Below are positions 33,535-48,600 of a stretch of DNA of 64,000 nucleotides, piece by piece. The stretch covers positions 124,001 through 188,000 of the forward strand of contig JAQGDQ010000313.1 in assembly GCA_030141605.1 (NCBI GenBank), written 5' to 3'. This DNA comes from Tubiluchus corallicola (Eukaryota > Animalia > Priapulida). The first letter of the stretch is position 1. The number at the start of each line of letters is the position of its first letter. Under the pieces are notes generated by a model, which ran no database searches, was not told the DNA's origin, and was given only the letters and a program-made list of their open reading frames with translations. The position numbers were made by a program, and so were the translations under genes.

Positions 33535-36500
33535 GTTTACCACGTTCTTTCTGAAAATAAAAACCATGTAATTTTAGCTACATAATTATTTTTCAGGGCT
33601 TTTCAAAGAATTTTAATTAATATAACAATACGGAGGTAATAAGTGATTAGTCTTTATAGAACGCCTACAATTGGTATGTCTAGCTTGATTTAGAAAAACT
33701 TTAGTTTTGACTTCATTGTGTCATTTATCAAATAGAAAGAACAATATCAAACAAGTATTCAGTTTCAAAACTCTTTGCTGTAATTATGAATAAAAATTAT
33801 ACACATACTGAATGAAATCGCCGAATGACTATACTTCAAACTCACAAACCAAAATTGATAATTGAATTTTTACTAGGTCATAGCAATGAATTCAAACTAG
33901 GCGTCTGGTGACAATAACGATTATTTCAATAATAAAATCTATGTGCAGTTGTGCATGCAGGCATTATCTAAAATACCAAGTGTGGCAGATTTGCCTATGG
34001 CTAGACGTAGGGGGTTAATGAACGACAGCGGCGTACAGAATAAGAATGTAATCAATTATTATAAGCTTTATTGTTCAATTCCTCATCAATGTAAGTAAAT
34101 GTAAAAGAATAAAATGCAGCGGATCAGTGCTGCTAGCCTGCTTAATGCTTACCGTGAAATTCAGCAAGCATGTAACTATGCAAATCATTTACTTAAGAAA
34201 TCAATCAAGCAATAATCAATCATAATCTGAAATTTTCGGCTCTAGGCACGATTGTAGGATTACGTTTGCAAAGAGGCCGATTCGAAATAACGGAGCTCTT
34301 TTGCACTTGAATGAAGTTTCTTTTAAACATGACAGATTAAAATTTGCTAAAAATCTAGACGTGCGTTATGGGCAGGCCAACGTCGCTTGAAATGCCAAGT
34401 CCTTGTTAGATGCACGTGATCCGCGCCACAGTTTTCTAATAGACATATCATCATAGACCTTAATTTAAATCATATGGAGAAACAAAAAATGAATCTTTTT
34501 ACTTTATTTCACTTACATACGTGAAAGACTGTGTAAAGTTTAGCCAATAGATATACAGAATGTGAACGTTTTGAGTTCGAATCCCAGCAGATGGTGAAAT
34601 TTTTCAAACTTTCTATTATTTAACTTTGACTTATTCGGCATGTTGTTGTGAATTATTTTTGCACAATTTGACCACAGTTTTCCAACATTTAACGTAAGAA
34701 CCTGTGCAATGTTGATGGTTGGCGGGACCGCAATCTTGCTTATAATAGGTAGAGCAAGACTTTGAACCAGTAAAAGCGTTCTTGTCACATTCGGGTGGAA
34801 ACAGCCAGAATACCGATGTCAGCAAGTGTTAAACACGGCGATCCCATATCCATTCGCTGCTAACCATTCTTAACTTCGGTCGTCAAGCACATGAACATTC
34901 TGCTGTTTGTATCGCCGCACAATAATTCACTTACTATTATATTATTGCAATTATTATTATAAAACTAGTTTTACGTTTTAGTGGCGTAAGTTGTTGCTTT
35001 GATAAACTGGTAATAAAGTGAAAAACAGAAATCAGTGGAATTATATACATTTATACATTTATGTGTAGAAGCAGTTTGCTTAAATCAACACATACTTTAT
35101 CGCATGAGGATTTTAAAAGAGGAGAAACGCGTACTTCAATCAGTAAAAACTAAACAGTAGAAAATCTCGACAAGAAGGCTGGTTTAATTTTACCTGTAAA
35201 AGTTAATTGCTACCTTCAGGTGATGATCAAGGGTGACCCCAAGTTATACATTCATAAATTTTTATTAATTTTAAAAGGGCTTACTGTGCTGCTGAATGTA
35301 GTTCCTCAGTTGTGCTAATGTAATTGCTACACCGAAATATGAAATTGCAGTACTATAATGACATTCCTATTGAGTTTACATGAAAAACAACCCTATAAAA
35401 CCGCGCGATTTTTAAAAGTACATTGGCTTCTCAATAACAGTTTTATTAGACGGCTCCACGCTAATACTAGTAAGTTATTCTTAGAGTAACGACATCTAAG
35501 ACAAGAAAGAGGAAGCATTGTAAGGTAATGCCCCTTTAACTTCAAATAATTTATTTAAATAAAAAATAATTATAATTAATTAATGCTCCACGCTTGCAAC
35601 TAAACGTCTTGTCTAAACAACATTTTTAAACTACAATAGCCTAACATAGCAAACATATAATTACATTTTGTAAAAATTTCTATAACTATTTCATAATATA
35701 ATTAATACATCTAAACGCAAATCTCGTTACACATCGTTAAGAATCTAAAAGTGGAAAGTGAAAGGTCCGAAACGTGTATTTCTACGGTAAGCTTAAACTT
35801 TTGTAACCACAAAAGCAAAACACCTTCCTCACAAAAACGAACTTGAAAACCACCAAGTGTAAAACTGTCGTTTTTCGTGAGTACTATTTTCATGCAATAT
35901 AAATATACCTTGTCCCACATTAAATCTGCTTATTGTTATAAAAAGCATAGTATAACGATTCGTTATAAATCGGCCAAAACACAAAAATCACTTTTACTTC
36001 TATTATTAATGACCTAATTTGAAATTCTTGGATGTAGATACATGCGCCTGCATGAAATAATAATAGTTCACGTAACCCTATTCATCAGAAACATCAGTAG
36101 GAAAATTACTGTGACAATTTGTTTATAAATGTAGCAATTTTTAAGAATAATAAAAGAGCGAATTAGTTAATTGAATGCTCGCACGATAACTATGCGTGTT
36201 TGGATGCATGCATGCCTGTATCATGTTTATATCATGTTCACTACTGCATATTCAGCAAATTATTCACAATTACTCTGTATAGTATATATGATTTATAAGA
36301 ACACTTTATAATATGTTAATTAAAATGAACTTTTTGCCTCGTTAACTCACACTTAACTTACCACGGACATTATCTATATCCGTTTACGTGGTTACAAATG
36401 GAAGAACTAGTAATACAAGTAAGACTAGTGATATTACGTTTAGACTGTAGAGTCGTAAAAATGTGTAGCTGTTGATTTTTGCGCAAAAGACCTTTATGCG

Positions 36501-38417
36501 AATAATTGTTGTCCAAAGTGATGAGTACGATAGAGAATATGGATACCTATTTTTTAATTACACTGAAAGCAATCAACAGTAAGTTTTATACATATGTGTA
36601 TAAGTTAGCTTCCGTAAGTTAACTCAGTAATGAAGTGGTTTTATAGAGAGTTATTATTGGGATAAGTATATGAAAACAAAATGAGCTGTCATAATCGCCA
36701 CTTTTAATGTGAGACTAGTGATCGCATTGATTTCACTGAGCATGTTGAACTTGATAATGTGTCTGACGAAAATGTAGTAAAAAGTGATGTTATGGGGAAA
36801 GCATATCCAAAATGATTGTTTGCTGAATGTTAGTACTGTATGTATCAATTGGCACTTTAACATAGTATACTACTAATCATTTTTTGCACATTTAAGCCAT
36901 TTAACTGCACTACAGAATTTACAAAGACATAGCTATGACCGACTATACTACAGTACCAATTGAAAACTTTCATTCTAGGACGTTTAAGAAGTGACAGGAG
37001 TCAATATATTTATTTGAACAAATAGACGGGACATATGGCATAGCATATTTACCAGATTACAAGTTGCTGTCTGTTGGGAATTATACGTGTCATATTTTGA
37101 CTATAAAGGAGAGCAGTTGATTAAAGTAATGATAATATAATGCCACCAACTTCTAATAATTATAAGGTATCACGGGTCTCATACGCCAGAAAGTGGTATA
37201 ACAAATGAAACGTACCTGTAATCAGTGATGCTATCAATATAACTGAATTCGAAACGGCACATTAAAATGAGAATGGTAGTATTTATAATCAATTTTTAGA
37301 CATTATAATCGCTACATGACCAGAAGTGGAAAAGAAAGAACAAAGGTTTCTGGACCAAGCTGGGTGGCTTATGCTCTGTAACCCTATAGCTTTTAAAAAC
37401 ATTTTTAACAAATTAGACAGATATATACTTCGATGATAAAGACGATATTATATCATAGGACATTCAGGTTCAATGTATCAGGCTGTCTAATTATTTTGAA
37501 ACATAAAGAACTTTTGCTAATGTTTTTGTAATGTATTTTTAAAAACATTTAAACTGTAGACTATTTTTTAATATCGCGAATTTACAGAAATTGGCATAAT
37601 CTAAAGCTGATGCTTATAAGAGTTTCTCGTGCTGTTTTCTTTTAATAAATAAAAGTGAGCAAACATTTTCTATAGTTTACCTGTTAGACAATTTTATTAT
37701 AACAGTATTTGATAACCGCAACTCGCTAAACTAGTAAATTTCCGTGCGTCATGGTAATCCTTTGAAATCGCGAGCCCGATATTAAAAAAGTTGGCCTTGA
37801 CATTCTCTTGAAAAACACCAAACCTAACATCACTTTTGTCTTCTATTGTGAATGTGAGCATTTAACAGTGTTTATATGTGCACTCTCCCATGTTTTACGA
37901 TAAACGCTAAGAGAATGAAAACCTCGACAATCGTGCTGGTTCTTCAAAGAAATTAAGTGTCAAGGTAGCAGGGTGTGCCGTTGTGCAAATTTTTGCTTCT
38001 TTCATGGTTGTTACATAATATTGTTGGTCAATGTTTCTGTCGCCAAACTGGAAAAAACACTTTACAACACAGATATGGGACTTAGTAAGCTATTACCGTC
38101 TAAAATGATGTTTAAAGAAAGATTGTGGATGTCAAGGTGTGCCCTTTTAAAAACGTCTAACGGATAAGCCATTAATGTTGCGAAGTATTTTCATGGGTTA
38201 AAAGGGCTTAGAACAAACGCTGATTCCTTGTGTAAGCTAAGGAGTTTTCAAGGAATCTTTGCTAAGCAGAAAATTTATCAAGTAGGCACGAACTTAGTGG
38301 AAAATAACACAACATTTTTCCTTCGTCATTCACAAAGGTGAGTTTAAATTCGGCAAAACTACCAAAGCACTGCTTATAATTACTTCGTTAATTGCTATCA
38401 CCTTGCCTACAAAATCA

Positions 38418-38553
<136 letters not shown>

Positions 38554-38917
38554 GTTAAAGATTACTAAAATAACTGTTCTTAGTGTTCTCACGTTCGTCG
38601 CAACTGTTACGCCAATCTAATTGTAAATGTTCTTAATGAACGGAGGTAAAAAGTACTATAACTGCAATAGCTGTGGCTCTATATTTCCGCGTTATCTGAA
38701 CGGCGTAGCAAGCAAAGTACGTTACAACCCATACATGCTGGTATAATGTAGCAAGTACTGCTTCGATGGCGCACAGATGCCTATATAACCGCTTCTCTCG
38801 AGAATTAGTTAATTCAAAATCGATTAATTTATTGAAGATGGATCCTCCACATATCTGCTGATTGTAGGGAATGGTTTTACACCTCAAGTAAAGTCAAAAT
38901 AATAACGACCTTCAGAC

Positions 38918-39025
38918 CAGACGGACTCGTGGTAACGCGTCCGCATTCCGTTTTGGGAGGTCATGAGTTCGCTACTTCGGCCGGGTATTTTCAGACCCCT
39001 AAAAAGCTACTTGAAGTTACCCACA
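38918..39025 (+). mobile_element. tRNA-derived SINE-like head
   Basis: gacggactcgTGGTAACGCGtccgc...gggaggtcatGAGTTCGctacttcggccggg has A-box-like and B-box-like motifs at tRNA spacing, followed by a non-tRNA body. Confidence 0.45.
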
Positions 39026-42000
39026 TAAAACAGAGATATTGAATTTTTGTTTACAAACAGCCAAAATCTCATTAATAATAACAAGAATTCTGCATGTGGT
39101 TAATTCTGCTGATGGAAAATCATTTATTCAATAATATGTGTGCAGTATTTTTAACATGCACTGTTCAAATATCAGCTAAAAATGTAAGTATCCACCCGGC
39201 CTGCAAGGTTTGACAAAATGTCGCCTCTGTTGTGTATTATCGTTAGATTACATACATTATCACAGTTAATTACGAATTATACGTATCATTTATTTCTAAG
39301 ACGCCTGCCCCTAGAAATAATCAATTTTAAATCTGGGTAATTATGTCACTGTGTATTACAGGTAAACCGATTTTTACTAAAAGAACTCAATAAAGCGCTG
39401 TTTGTACAACCGCTAAGCACAGCTGGTTATTTAATTATCTTCAACAAGCTAATTGAAAGATTAATAAATAATTTCTGTGAATCTGTTATTTTGTGGCTCA
39501 ACGTATTAACTTTAGGATTTGCCGCAATTTTGCTTCAAAATGCATGAAACCAACTATAAGTACGAAGGAAAAAGACAACTAAAATTAACAACATAACAGT
39601 CAATATGTGTAAATAACATGGCAACATTACAAAATAAGGTAGCACACTAGATACTGTATTTATAGGACAATCCATGTTACGTAACTGCGGGATTAAAACA
39701 AGAAACCAGAACTAGTAATTGTAGACTTGTTAGCAGCCTGCGAAATAAGCAACTCGACCAAGAATACAAATTAAAAAGATGAAAAGAAAACAATAATAGA
39801 ATAGTAATAGAAAGCAATAGCAATAAAGTTGTGTACATGCTGCAGACATGAATAATACTAGTAGCCTTACGAAGGAAGCACAAAGCCTCAGCAGTTATTG
39901 GTGTTGTAACCATTATGCTTCATTTACTAATCAAATAGAAAGTAACAACGACGCCCGCAGCAATAGCAGCAGCGACAACGACGATTACCGATATCGTCGC
40001 TGCCAGAACAGCAAAACCGCAACAGCAACAATTAACTGCAACAACAATGACAACAACATATGAATTCTATTATTTGCGGTATACTGTAAGACCTACTCAG
40101 ATTAAGTTGAATTGATGTTTAATTAATAATGAAACTGCCAATATATTCAAGTAACTCAATTATTGCTGCAAGCGTAATTTTGTACCAGCTGACTACAAAA
40201 TCACCAAATAAGGACCCTCAATCAGCCTGATCGCGTAACATAATAACGTACCTGGTTAGGAATTATAGTTCTTACATCTTTAATCTTCTTAGCGATAATC
40301 TACGGCACAAAATTCCAGATTTCCAAAATTGTTTCTTTATGTTTAACCCAGCATGTAAATCAGAATCAAAAATAGCTTTGCAGGCTACTAATGGCATGTT
40401 TCTTTAATGAGTCAATTTATATAAATCTCCCATTGGTAACTGTTACATGGATATAAATAAATTCAGGGTAAATAGTTTCATTATATTGTGCAAACACGCA
40501 AAAGCTCAGCTTTGATACAGGTCTTACGGTGCTGAAACCGGACGAAAAGCTCATTCAAATCCCGCGAATTCGCAAAAAATCTTATTGCCCCTTGTCTATA
40601 CTGCAGACTTGCGCTCAGACAATATTTCTATCAGTAATATCCTCTAAAGTAAGACACTGAACCATCAGAAGTGTCTTATTCACGTGTCTTGGTAACGTTC
40701 AAATGCGCATGCATGTACATTCTTCATGGATAAGAAAACTGCGAAGCTAAGCCCGCAGAGGTACGACCTTCATCAACAAGGTAAAAGTATGGCAGCAGTA
40801 TAGCATGTAAATCACGGTTGCATCACCTACCCATTTACTGACCAGGCTTAGCATTGGTTAATTTTAATTGCTTAATGTGGTGTTGTGTAAGCATTACCCG
40901 CTGAGTAAGTATTGCCTCCTTTGGCTGCTCGGTGTTTGGTTACTTAGATACACATTTGGTTGCTAAGTGCCTAAATTCCCCACCATATTTTTCCTTCTTT
41001 TTTATTAGACTCCATTGTAATTGAAACAAACCGGAAACGTTTAAACATGTAAATAAAGCAAGAAACTGCATTTATCTATAATCTTGTGTGATTGACATCT
41101 GCTTTTTCCTAATCAAGATCAAATCACGGATCAACTATGCGCTACAAATTATATAATAACCCTAACTTTGTTTCTTTATTATATGTTATTGTCAAATCAG
41201 TTTCATCACATGAAAGCTTTTATTATGTTATTTCATGTATTATAATCCCCGCAGGACGCCTTCCGCCTAACTTATTTTTCTATCTCTCTTTCCATCTACT
41301 CACATCACGTCTCTGACAGGTACGCCTGCAGAAAATATACAAACTCGTTAACGTCTGTCATTAAAATGTGACCTTATATTGTTAAACCTATCGATCTGGG
41401 TTAGCAGATAACTGGTGTGTTCTTACTAAACAATACCTTTTATCTGTATACATCTTGGCGAAGACTTTAACTGAAGAAAATCCACATAATTATGGCGGAT
41501 CTACGTTCTCTGGTTGCACTAATGCCAAATATTTGGATTTGTTTTCGCCCTCAGCTCATTTCTGTTTAAAAACTCAATTCTACATGTTTCTAAGCTGGCT
41601 CACCATCTGCTTTTTCCCACGTGGATATATTACTGTTTTGCTCATTTTGCTTTCTTTTTTAGGTCCTAGGATCTAGGCTGCAAATTTTGCATGGATTGGA
41701 TGCTCTCTAAATTGGTTTCTATAGGCTTAGAAGTGAATTTCCACTCAAATCGGTTGCAAAACTGGACGTATGCACTAACGCCAAGGATGATTCTTACAAA
41801 AGATTGAGATAAAATGTTTTCAACATGAAAATAACGTTGAAAATATACGAAGGACAAGGTTCGTGAGAGGAATACGTTTTTTGGGAAACTAATCAGTTAG
41901 CGACACGTGTGATCGTTTTGCGTGGCCTATAAGCCATAACAAACGAAGTTTATTCGTATTTTCGGTTGTCGCTTTAAAACTACTCTAAACTAACGAGTAT

Positions 42001-45000
42001 TTAAGTCATTTTACCATCACCTTACACGTCTTTTTTATTACACAACCAACAGAAAAATGTTTTTGCTACCTTAAATACCCATAAATTGTGAAGTCCTGGG
42101 ACTTATTTTGCCTCTGACCTTTTACTAAAAATTATTTGCCAGAAAGAGCTTCCTTGCTAACTACAATCTCAGTCTCTTCAAGAAAACAGCAATAGATATC
42201 ACTACAAATGGGCTAAGAGAATTCAGACATTGTGGACTTGCATTACTGTTATTATTTTTCATCTTAACAACACTGCTTGACTGTCGCTCTTCACCTTTAG
42301 CCACAGCCACCTTCTTGTTTTTAGGCGATTTGTATAACTTGTATGTCTTGTCTGTAAAAACATTAATCTGTTTTTGGATATGAGGAATTAATCAAGGATA
42401 TAATATGAAAACTGGATATGTTAATCTACATAAAATAAGTTTTGGCATTACCTTAAGCAGGTTTAAGTTTAGTTTTTCTCTCTTTATATAGGCCTACATA
42501 CTCAAGTTTTCTTCCTGACCAGTAATGCAAAAGCCGTACACAGTGTTAACGTAAAAGCAAATGTATCTTAAATTGAAAGTGTGCTAATTACCAACGATTA
42601 GTGAAAGCAAGTTTATCCAAATAACACGAAATTGTACTGGATAAAATGTGGAACACACAAGGAACGGTTTTGTCAATGTTCTTCGCAAATCAAACAATTC
42701 GCTTTATTTTAAGTGTAGGTTAAGAGCAAAAAGTAAGAAACTGAATGGCTTTAGTTAACATTAACGTTTGCCAATGCTCAAACTAAGCTTACCTGCGAAA
42801 TTTAGGACAAGTTTTACTGAGATGTGACCTGTAGCCTACTTAAGTTGTTACATTCACTTTTAAAGTTGTAAATGTATTGCATAGTAGACGATAATGGTTT
42901 AGCTAAACGGCACATAGGTGTATCTACGGCTTGGGTGTTAAACATTGTACATGAGAGAAAATGTAATGAAGTCCTAACAATAACAAGAGCAGCAGCAACT
43001 GCTAGAAATAGCAGTAATAGCGGCAGTAGCAGTAGTAACACGAAGATGACGCGCAAAGCAGGTATCAAAAATGACGACAAGAACGATAACAACCTCATCA
43101 ATAAAACCACAATGACAACTTTGTTGGTCTATAATACAATATTTAAAAATACATTTTTCTGTTAATCTTATTTATTAGCACTTTTCTGCTCGTTTCGCAT
43201 ACGAAAATCTGTAATCTATTAAAAGTTTCTTTAAGAGGGGAGAAATATCTCAAGTTTTTCTCGATTCCGCATTCTAAATACGTAAGAAGTATGCAGTGCA
43301 AAAGCGAAAACAAATTGCATTGCATGTAGGTTTACTGTATTTACCACATGCATTGCAGGTAGGACTATCTATTGCCGTTTTAAAATTGATTTTTTTATTT
43401 CAGTGTATAACTGTTGTTTTTATTCCTTGGTAATACATCGGTAAACTAATAAATGGCATTCTTACTGACTAGATCTGATAACGGAGTATTAACTGATTAT
43501 ATATCACCATCACCGAACGCTGAAAGCTAATAGACATATACTGCTGGTACGAAACACGTCGGGGATCGAGTTTTTAAAACGTCGCTCAAAAAAAATGTTA
43601 TGATTGCGCAAAATGAGATATCTCTGGTATCTATCAAGTTATAGGCTTTCTTAAAAACAGTTTCATTTTACGCCATAACAAGCAAACAAGTTTATAGTCA
43701 AATTAAAACATAAAATAATGTCCAGTTTTATTTCTACTTTACCGCGACGTGGACTATTATGACGGATGTAACTTATGAACCCTTGCTATATCATAGCACG
43801 CAGCCCCATGCAAGAACAAAGTATGTTCGCTTTTTGCAAGAGAAAAGTAGTCACACGATAGAATGTCCTCTCTAGATAAACACAAAGTGTATAGACGTTT
43901 GACAACGTGTTTTCCGAGCTTTAACCAACTTTGTCATTAAGGGCAATAAATAAGTTATTTAAACCAGTGAGGGTGAGAATTATCTAAACTCATATGCCGT
44001 ACTTGGCAGCTGATTGCGCTATATAGACGTTAGATATCCAAATCATCCAAAATGTAAATCTGGGATGTTATAGTCATGGAAACTAATCTTATTATGTAAT
44101 AGAGCATATGGGTATAATATATACACTGGTGCAGTCTCGGGTTCAAATCTTGCATTATGTCACAGGCATTCTAAACAAATAAACTGATTAAACACCAAAA
44201 TCATAGTTCATTTTTTCAAAACTTTTAACCTTTGTCTAAAACAACAAATCTAGATCTTTAACATTAATGAAGAAACCATTTTTGCACAAAGCGAAAAACT
44301 TGCAAAAGTAAAAATAACAACGCCGACAATGGAAATGCATGCGGTTAGTATTACGTAATTGGCATCTTCAACTCATTATCTATGCACTAATATGAAAAAA
44401 ACAATGAAAATTAAATACAACAACAACGTACCAGCTGCTGTCACTTAAGTAAAAAACATGTTGTCATTAGATTCAGTTAAAACAAAAGAGGTTTGAGTAG
44501 ATGTAGGCTACTTAGGATATTTTCAGTGATGAAACTTCTTGTTTTGCGAAATATAACGAAAATAAATGCCCTTTATTATGAACTTTAGTCACTGTACCGA
44601 CCTATCATTTACAAAATATAGCTTCTATAAAATACAAATCCGGGATGCATTGTGCTATTTGCATTCCGTCTACAACTTATTAGCAGGTTTAAAACACTCA
44701 CACTGAACTTGGGTATAAATAAAAATGCATAATCAATCTTGTCAAAGAACTAAAGTGATAGAATTAACTTACTTGCTAGCAGTGTACAACTGAACTATGC
44801 GGAAGAATGGGTTAAGTCGAAATTCAAATTCCAAATTGATTTCCTATTGTCGCCGATGTTTCGGACAATAACAGGTCTTTGGTGTCCGACACTGGTCAGC
44901 AGAATCCGGCTAATGACAATTAAATGCCAGTTTTTGTTCGCTATTTACCTGCTGATTGAAGCTCGTCGACCCTCCACAAGACAAGTATTCAGGTAAAAAT

Positions 45001-45556
45001 AGGCAAAATCCACTATGCGATTTCTCTTGGCATTGACGGCAGTCCAGTGTCAGCTCTGCTGGCCCTTTGGCCTCTCCGTAAAACGCTGGTCCGCGGGGAC
45101 CCAAGAGAAACCGAATTTAACAGGCGAAGGTCGGTGGATACTATGGCAAGCAATGATAAATAGTTTATCGAGGGTGTAGAGTCGTGTGGCTATCTAGGTG
45201 AACGGCCTACTAACGAAGCAAGCGTTCGCACGTGCATGAACCAAACGTTTCGCTTCACTAAGAATTCAAATCGTTATGTTTTAAGGTAAGAAAATCTCAC
45301 CTTGTCTTTTAAATTAATAAAATTAATAATTTAGCTGTAAATAAACAATTGGGTTTCACGTGTTGGTTAATTTGTTTGTGCTTTTTCAATGTAAAGATCT
45401 ATAAGTTTTCATTCGCTTCAGTTGGTTTACAATAATTTTTTATGCATGTATGTCAACAGCCTACATAATTATGCAGTGCAGCAGAGGTGTTGCCATCTAT
45501 TGACAAGGAAAAATTATTGTGCTTTAATCCAGACCTCTTTACAGCAAGTTATGAAT

Positions 45557-45642
45557 TTATTTACATGCTGATGGATACCGACTAACAAGAAGAGTTATGC
45601 ATAACTCTTCTTGTTAGTCAGTATCCCTCGCCATGTAAATAA
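45557..45642. repeat. Palindrome with a perfect 40-bp core
   Basis: gactaacaagaagagttatg|cataactcttcttgttagtc (45580-45619), extended by ggatac/gtatcc and ttatttacatg/catgtaaataa. Confidence 0.85.
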
Positions 45643-48600
45643 CGTTTTAGAGATCATTCTGCATCATACTGTAAGATAATAGTAGTCTATAATCAAAGCA
45701 GATTAAATAAAGCAAATAAAATTAAAATTCCAGATGTTTATATGTTTAAGTTTTCGAAAATAGCAATCTATCAAGTGATTAAGAGTTACCAAACAAAAGG
45801 TATTTGTACATAATGCAGGCTTGATCAAGAAATTCCAGCTGCTGCATGACGATAAGTATAGTATCTGAAACCACTTATGAAGCAATGTATTATTTATTTA
45901 ATGCATTGATGATTTCTCATAATTCTGCTTTGGACGCGCTGTCAATCATAGTTACGCTCGGAAAGAACTGACTATTTGTAAATAATAGTCATGTTATGAA
46001 ATATGTTCATCTACACTTCATGATCTTGTTCCATGATTTTGGCACGATCTGTTCAGCTCAAACAGCTGAAAAAATTCTAGTTGCCAGCATTAAATGAAAT
46101 TTAAGTACTCGGATTCATTACTGATGAAATTAAAAATATGCTATTAACACCGTTAATTAATTAGTAATATTATGTTCCTACTAGTTTAATTTATAATTAA
46201 TTATTAATATTTATTTGTTAGCGTATAAAAATCTAATCCAGATTTTGAGCGATTTCATTTAGTGTTTATAGCTATCGACATTTTTCATCACTGACCAGGT
46301 AATATAAACGGATGGGTGATCGCAAGGAAATCCTTTTGGGACCGGAAGTTTCATCAGGTATACTTTCTCCAAGTTATACACCTCGACGAGTGAGGATATA
46401 CTGGTACTCGAACGTCAGCTGGAATGTTTTATCTTAGCAAATTGTGCTGATCCACATTAAATAGACCTATGCAAAGCACTGAGCCGTTCTGGTATTGATA
46501 ACTTTATTTGCTAATTTGTTTGTGTGCTTGCTATCCTTGAGTGTTTGTTCTTTGTTTAAATGCTTGCTCACTTGTTGTATACGTACGTACATACGTTTGT
46601 TTGTTTACGCTCTTGAGGATTGTATGCTTGCTTCTTTGCTTGATTCATTTAATTTTTTGCTTGTTTGTCAGTTGGATAATTAGCATCAAATCATGCGTTT
46701 CACACAAAGAAACACGTCTTCGCCTTCAGTTTATGTATCTTGACGACTAAAGGTCCATAAGCTTTCACTCGCTTTTAGTAGTGGGCAATATTTCTTTATT
46801 CATGAGACATGAACAGTTTGCATAAGTTGTGCAAAAGTAGTGCTGCCATCTATTGATAAGAAAAAGCATTGTGTGCCAATACAAGTTTCTTTAGGAGCAA
46901 ATTATGAATTATCAATCGACTTAATACAGAAAAACAGTCGATGAAGAAATTTAACTGAAGACTATGAACTCTGTTCACGTGTGTAGTGCAAAAGAGACAG
47001 ACTAATTGTTGATGCTTTCATTTGTTTAAAGAGGATTTTTTGGGAAACTGCAGCTCTCAAAACCTGTAGTATCAAGTTATTGTGTTGCTCAAATAACAAA
47101 ATTATTAAACTGTTAAATTGTATTATGATAAAATGATGATTTGCCATGTAGTAAGAATTGGAATACTCTGTGTTCAGCTGTGAAACAAAGTCTCTATAAG
47201 GCTACGGGAAGTGACATAAAATAACGTACGTTAGATCTGTATTGAAGTTTAATACGGATTATTGTTTAATTTTATTTCAGTAACAATAAGATTGAACTGT
47301 ATTATGCTGTAAATTTGTTAAACTTTTGTAAACGTTTGCCTGCAAAATGGGGAAACTATTTGTTTTTTATTATATTGTGGAAAATTATGCAAAATATGTG
47401 GAGTGGAACAGGGAAAGACCAAAAGGTTATCTGACCATCTTCCCTTTTTCATATTAATGATAGATACAAATAAGTGCAATATCTTTTGACTAATCTACAG
47501 TAACAAAAACAATGAAAAACTGTAAGAGTAATAAATCTGCGTCTAATTTTGATGTCCAAACGCCAGTCGCTTAAGTATTAACGATTTTTATAGTTAGAAG
47601 AAAGATTACAAGGTATTATGACTAACATAAAAAATTTTTAATATAAAAGCATATTTAGCAGTTGACGGTTTACTGTATTAATTTGTAAAAGTGGCACACT
47701 GTGCAAAATTCCAAAACTCCTGTGACATTACTTACAGCTGTTGAAATTGAATTGGTAGACTAACCACCCATAGGCTCTTGTATGTGTCGGACATTTTCAA
47801 TTATGTGCGTATGTCACGCCCGTAATATTTGACTGTTTATCAAGCAGCTCAGTTTTAACTAACCAACGCGTATAGCAGTTACGTAAAAGTGGATTTCAGA
47901 AAAAATGATCATTTTTTCCGAAATGCACTTTTATGTAACTGCTAAAATAAATGAGCTTTGTTTTAGGGTGCAAATAGTATTTTTAAATATCAAGTGTTGG
48001 TATTTCTATAAAATTTAGTTTATTGTTTAGACAATTAATAAAAGTGCAATAGCAACTACTAATTATATAAGGGGATGGAAATTTAGTGTCTCCCCGTATC
48101 TGCAATTAACTCATATACCAATAATTTTTTTACTTATATTACCAGTTCTCATGCTGACTGGTGACTATTTCTCGTATGTAGACTGTAGTTAAAATAAAAC
48201 ATTATCAGGTATATGTAAAAAAGTTTAAATATTTACACAAGATGTTTTACATCTCGGTAAGGAAACCAAAAGAATAAAATCAACATAAAAACAGTAACAC
48301 GAAATTGTCTAAAATACTCATTAGTTTTACATTGTAACTTAATAAACATTATGTAGAAAACACCCAACAGCACTTATACACGTCATTGTCTCTAAAAAAA
48401 AAGTTTGTACAATTTCAAAGCTAATTTAGGCACAAGTTCTTTGCTTCAATTAAATTCTTTTGCAATCTATACCAAGTTACAACCAAAAAGGTACCTCTTC
48501 TTAACCAAGTCACTTTTTGCATGGTACTTTTTATTGCAAGAAAGCTGAATTCATTTTTACAACTGCAAATCTAATTTTTCATGGATTTATTTAATCTAGA

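Noticed and set aside
34560-34920. B-box-like gagttcgaatccc and a faint 5S/SINE3-like stretch on the minus strand
   Set aside because: Too degenerate to call a tRNA, 5S gene or defined SINE.
41430-42570. Exon-like segments on the minus strand, one ending in a hydrophobic GPI-signal-like tail (…NNNSNASPQCLNSLSPFVVISIAVFLKRLRL*)
   Set aside because: No start, recognisable domain or consistent multi-exon frame could be built; may be lncRNA, UTR or chance.
45040-45080. tgtcagctctgctggccctttggcctctccg resembles a stretch of vertebrate telomerase RNA
   Set aside because: No telomere template upstream on the same strand and no recognisable H/ACA domain. The taaccctaac at ~41157 is far away in unstructured AT-rich DNA.
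45190-45230. ggtgaacggcc...aacgaagcaag resembling the SRP RNA S domain
   Set aside because: The match is short and lacks the conserved helix 8 and the Alu domain.
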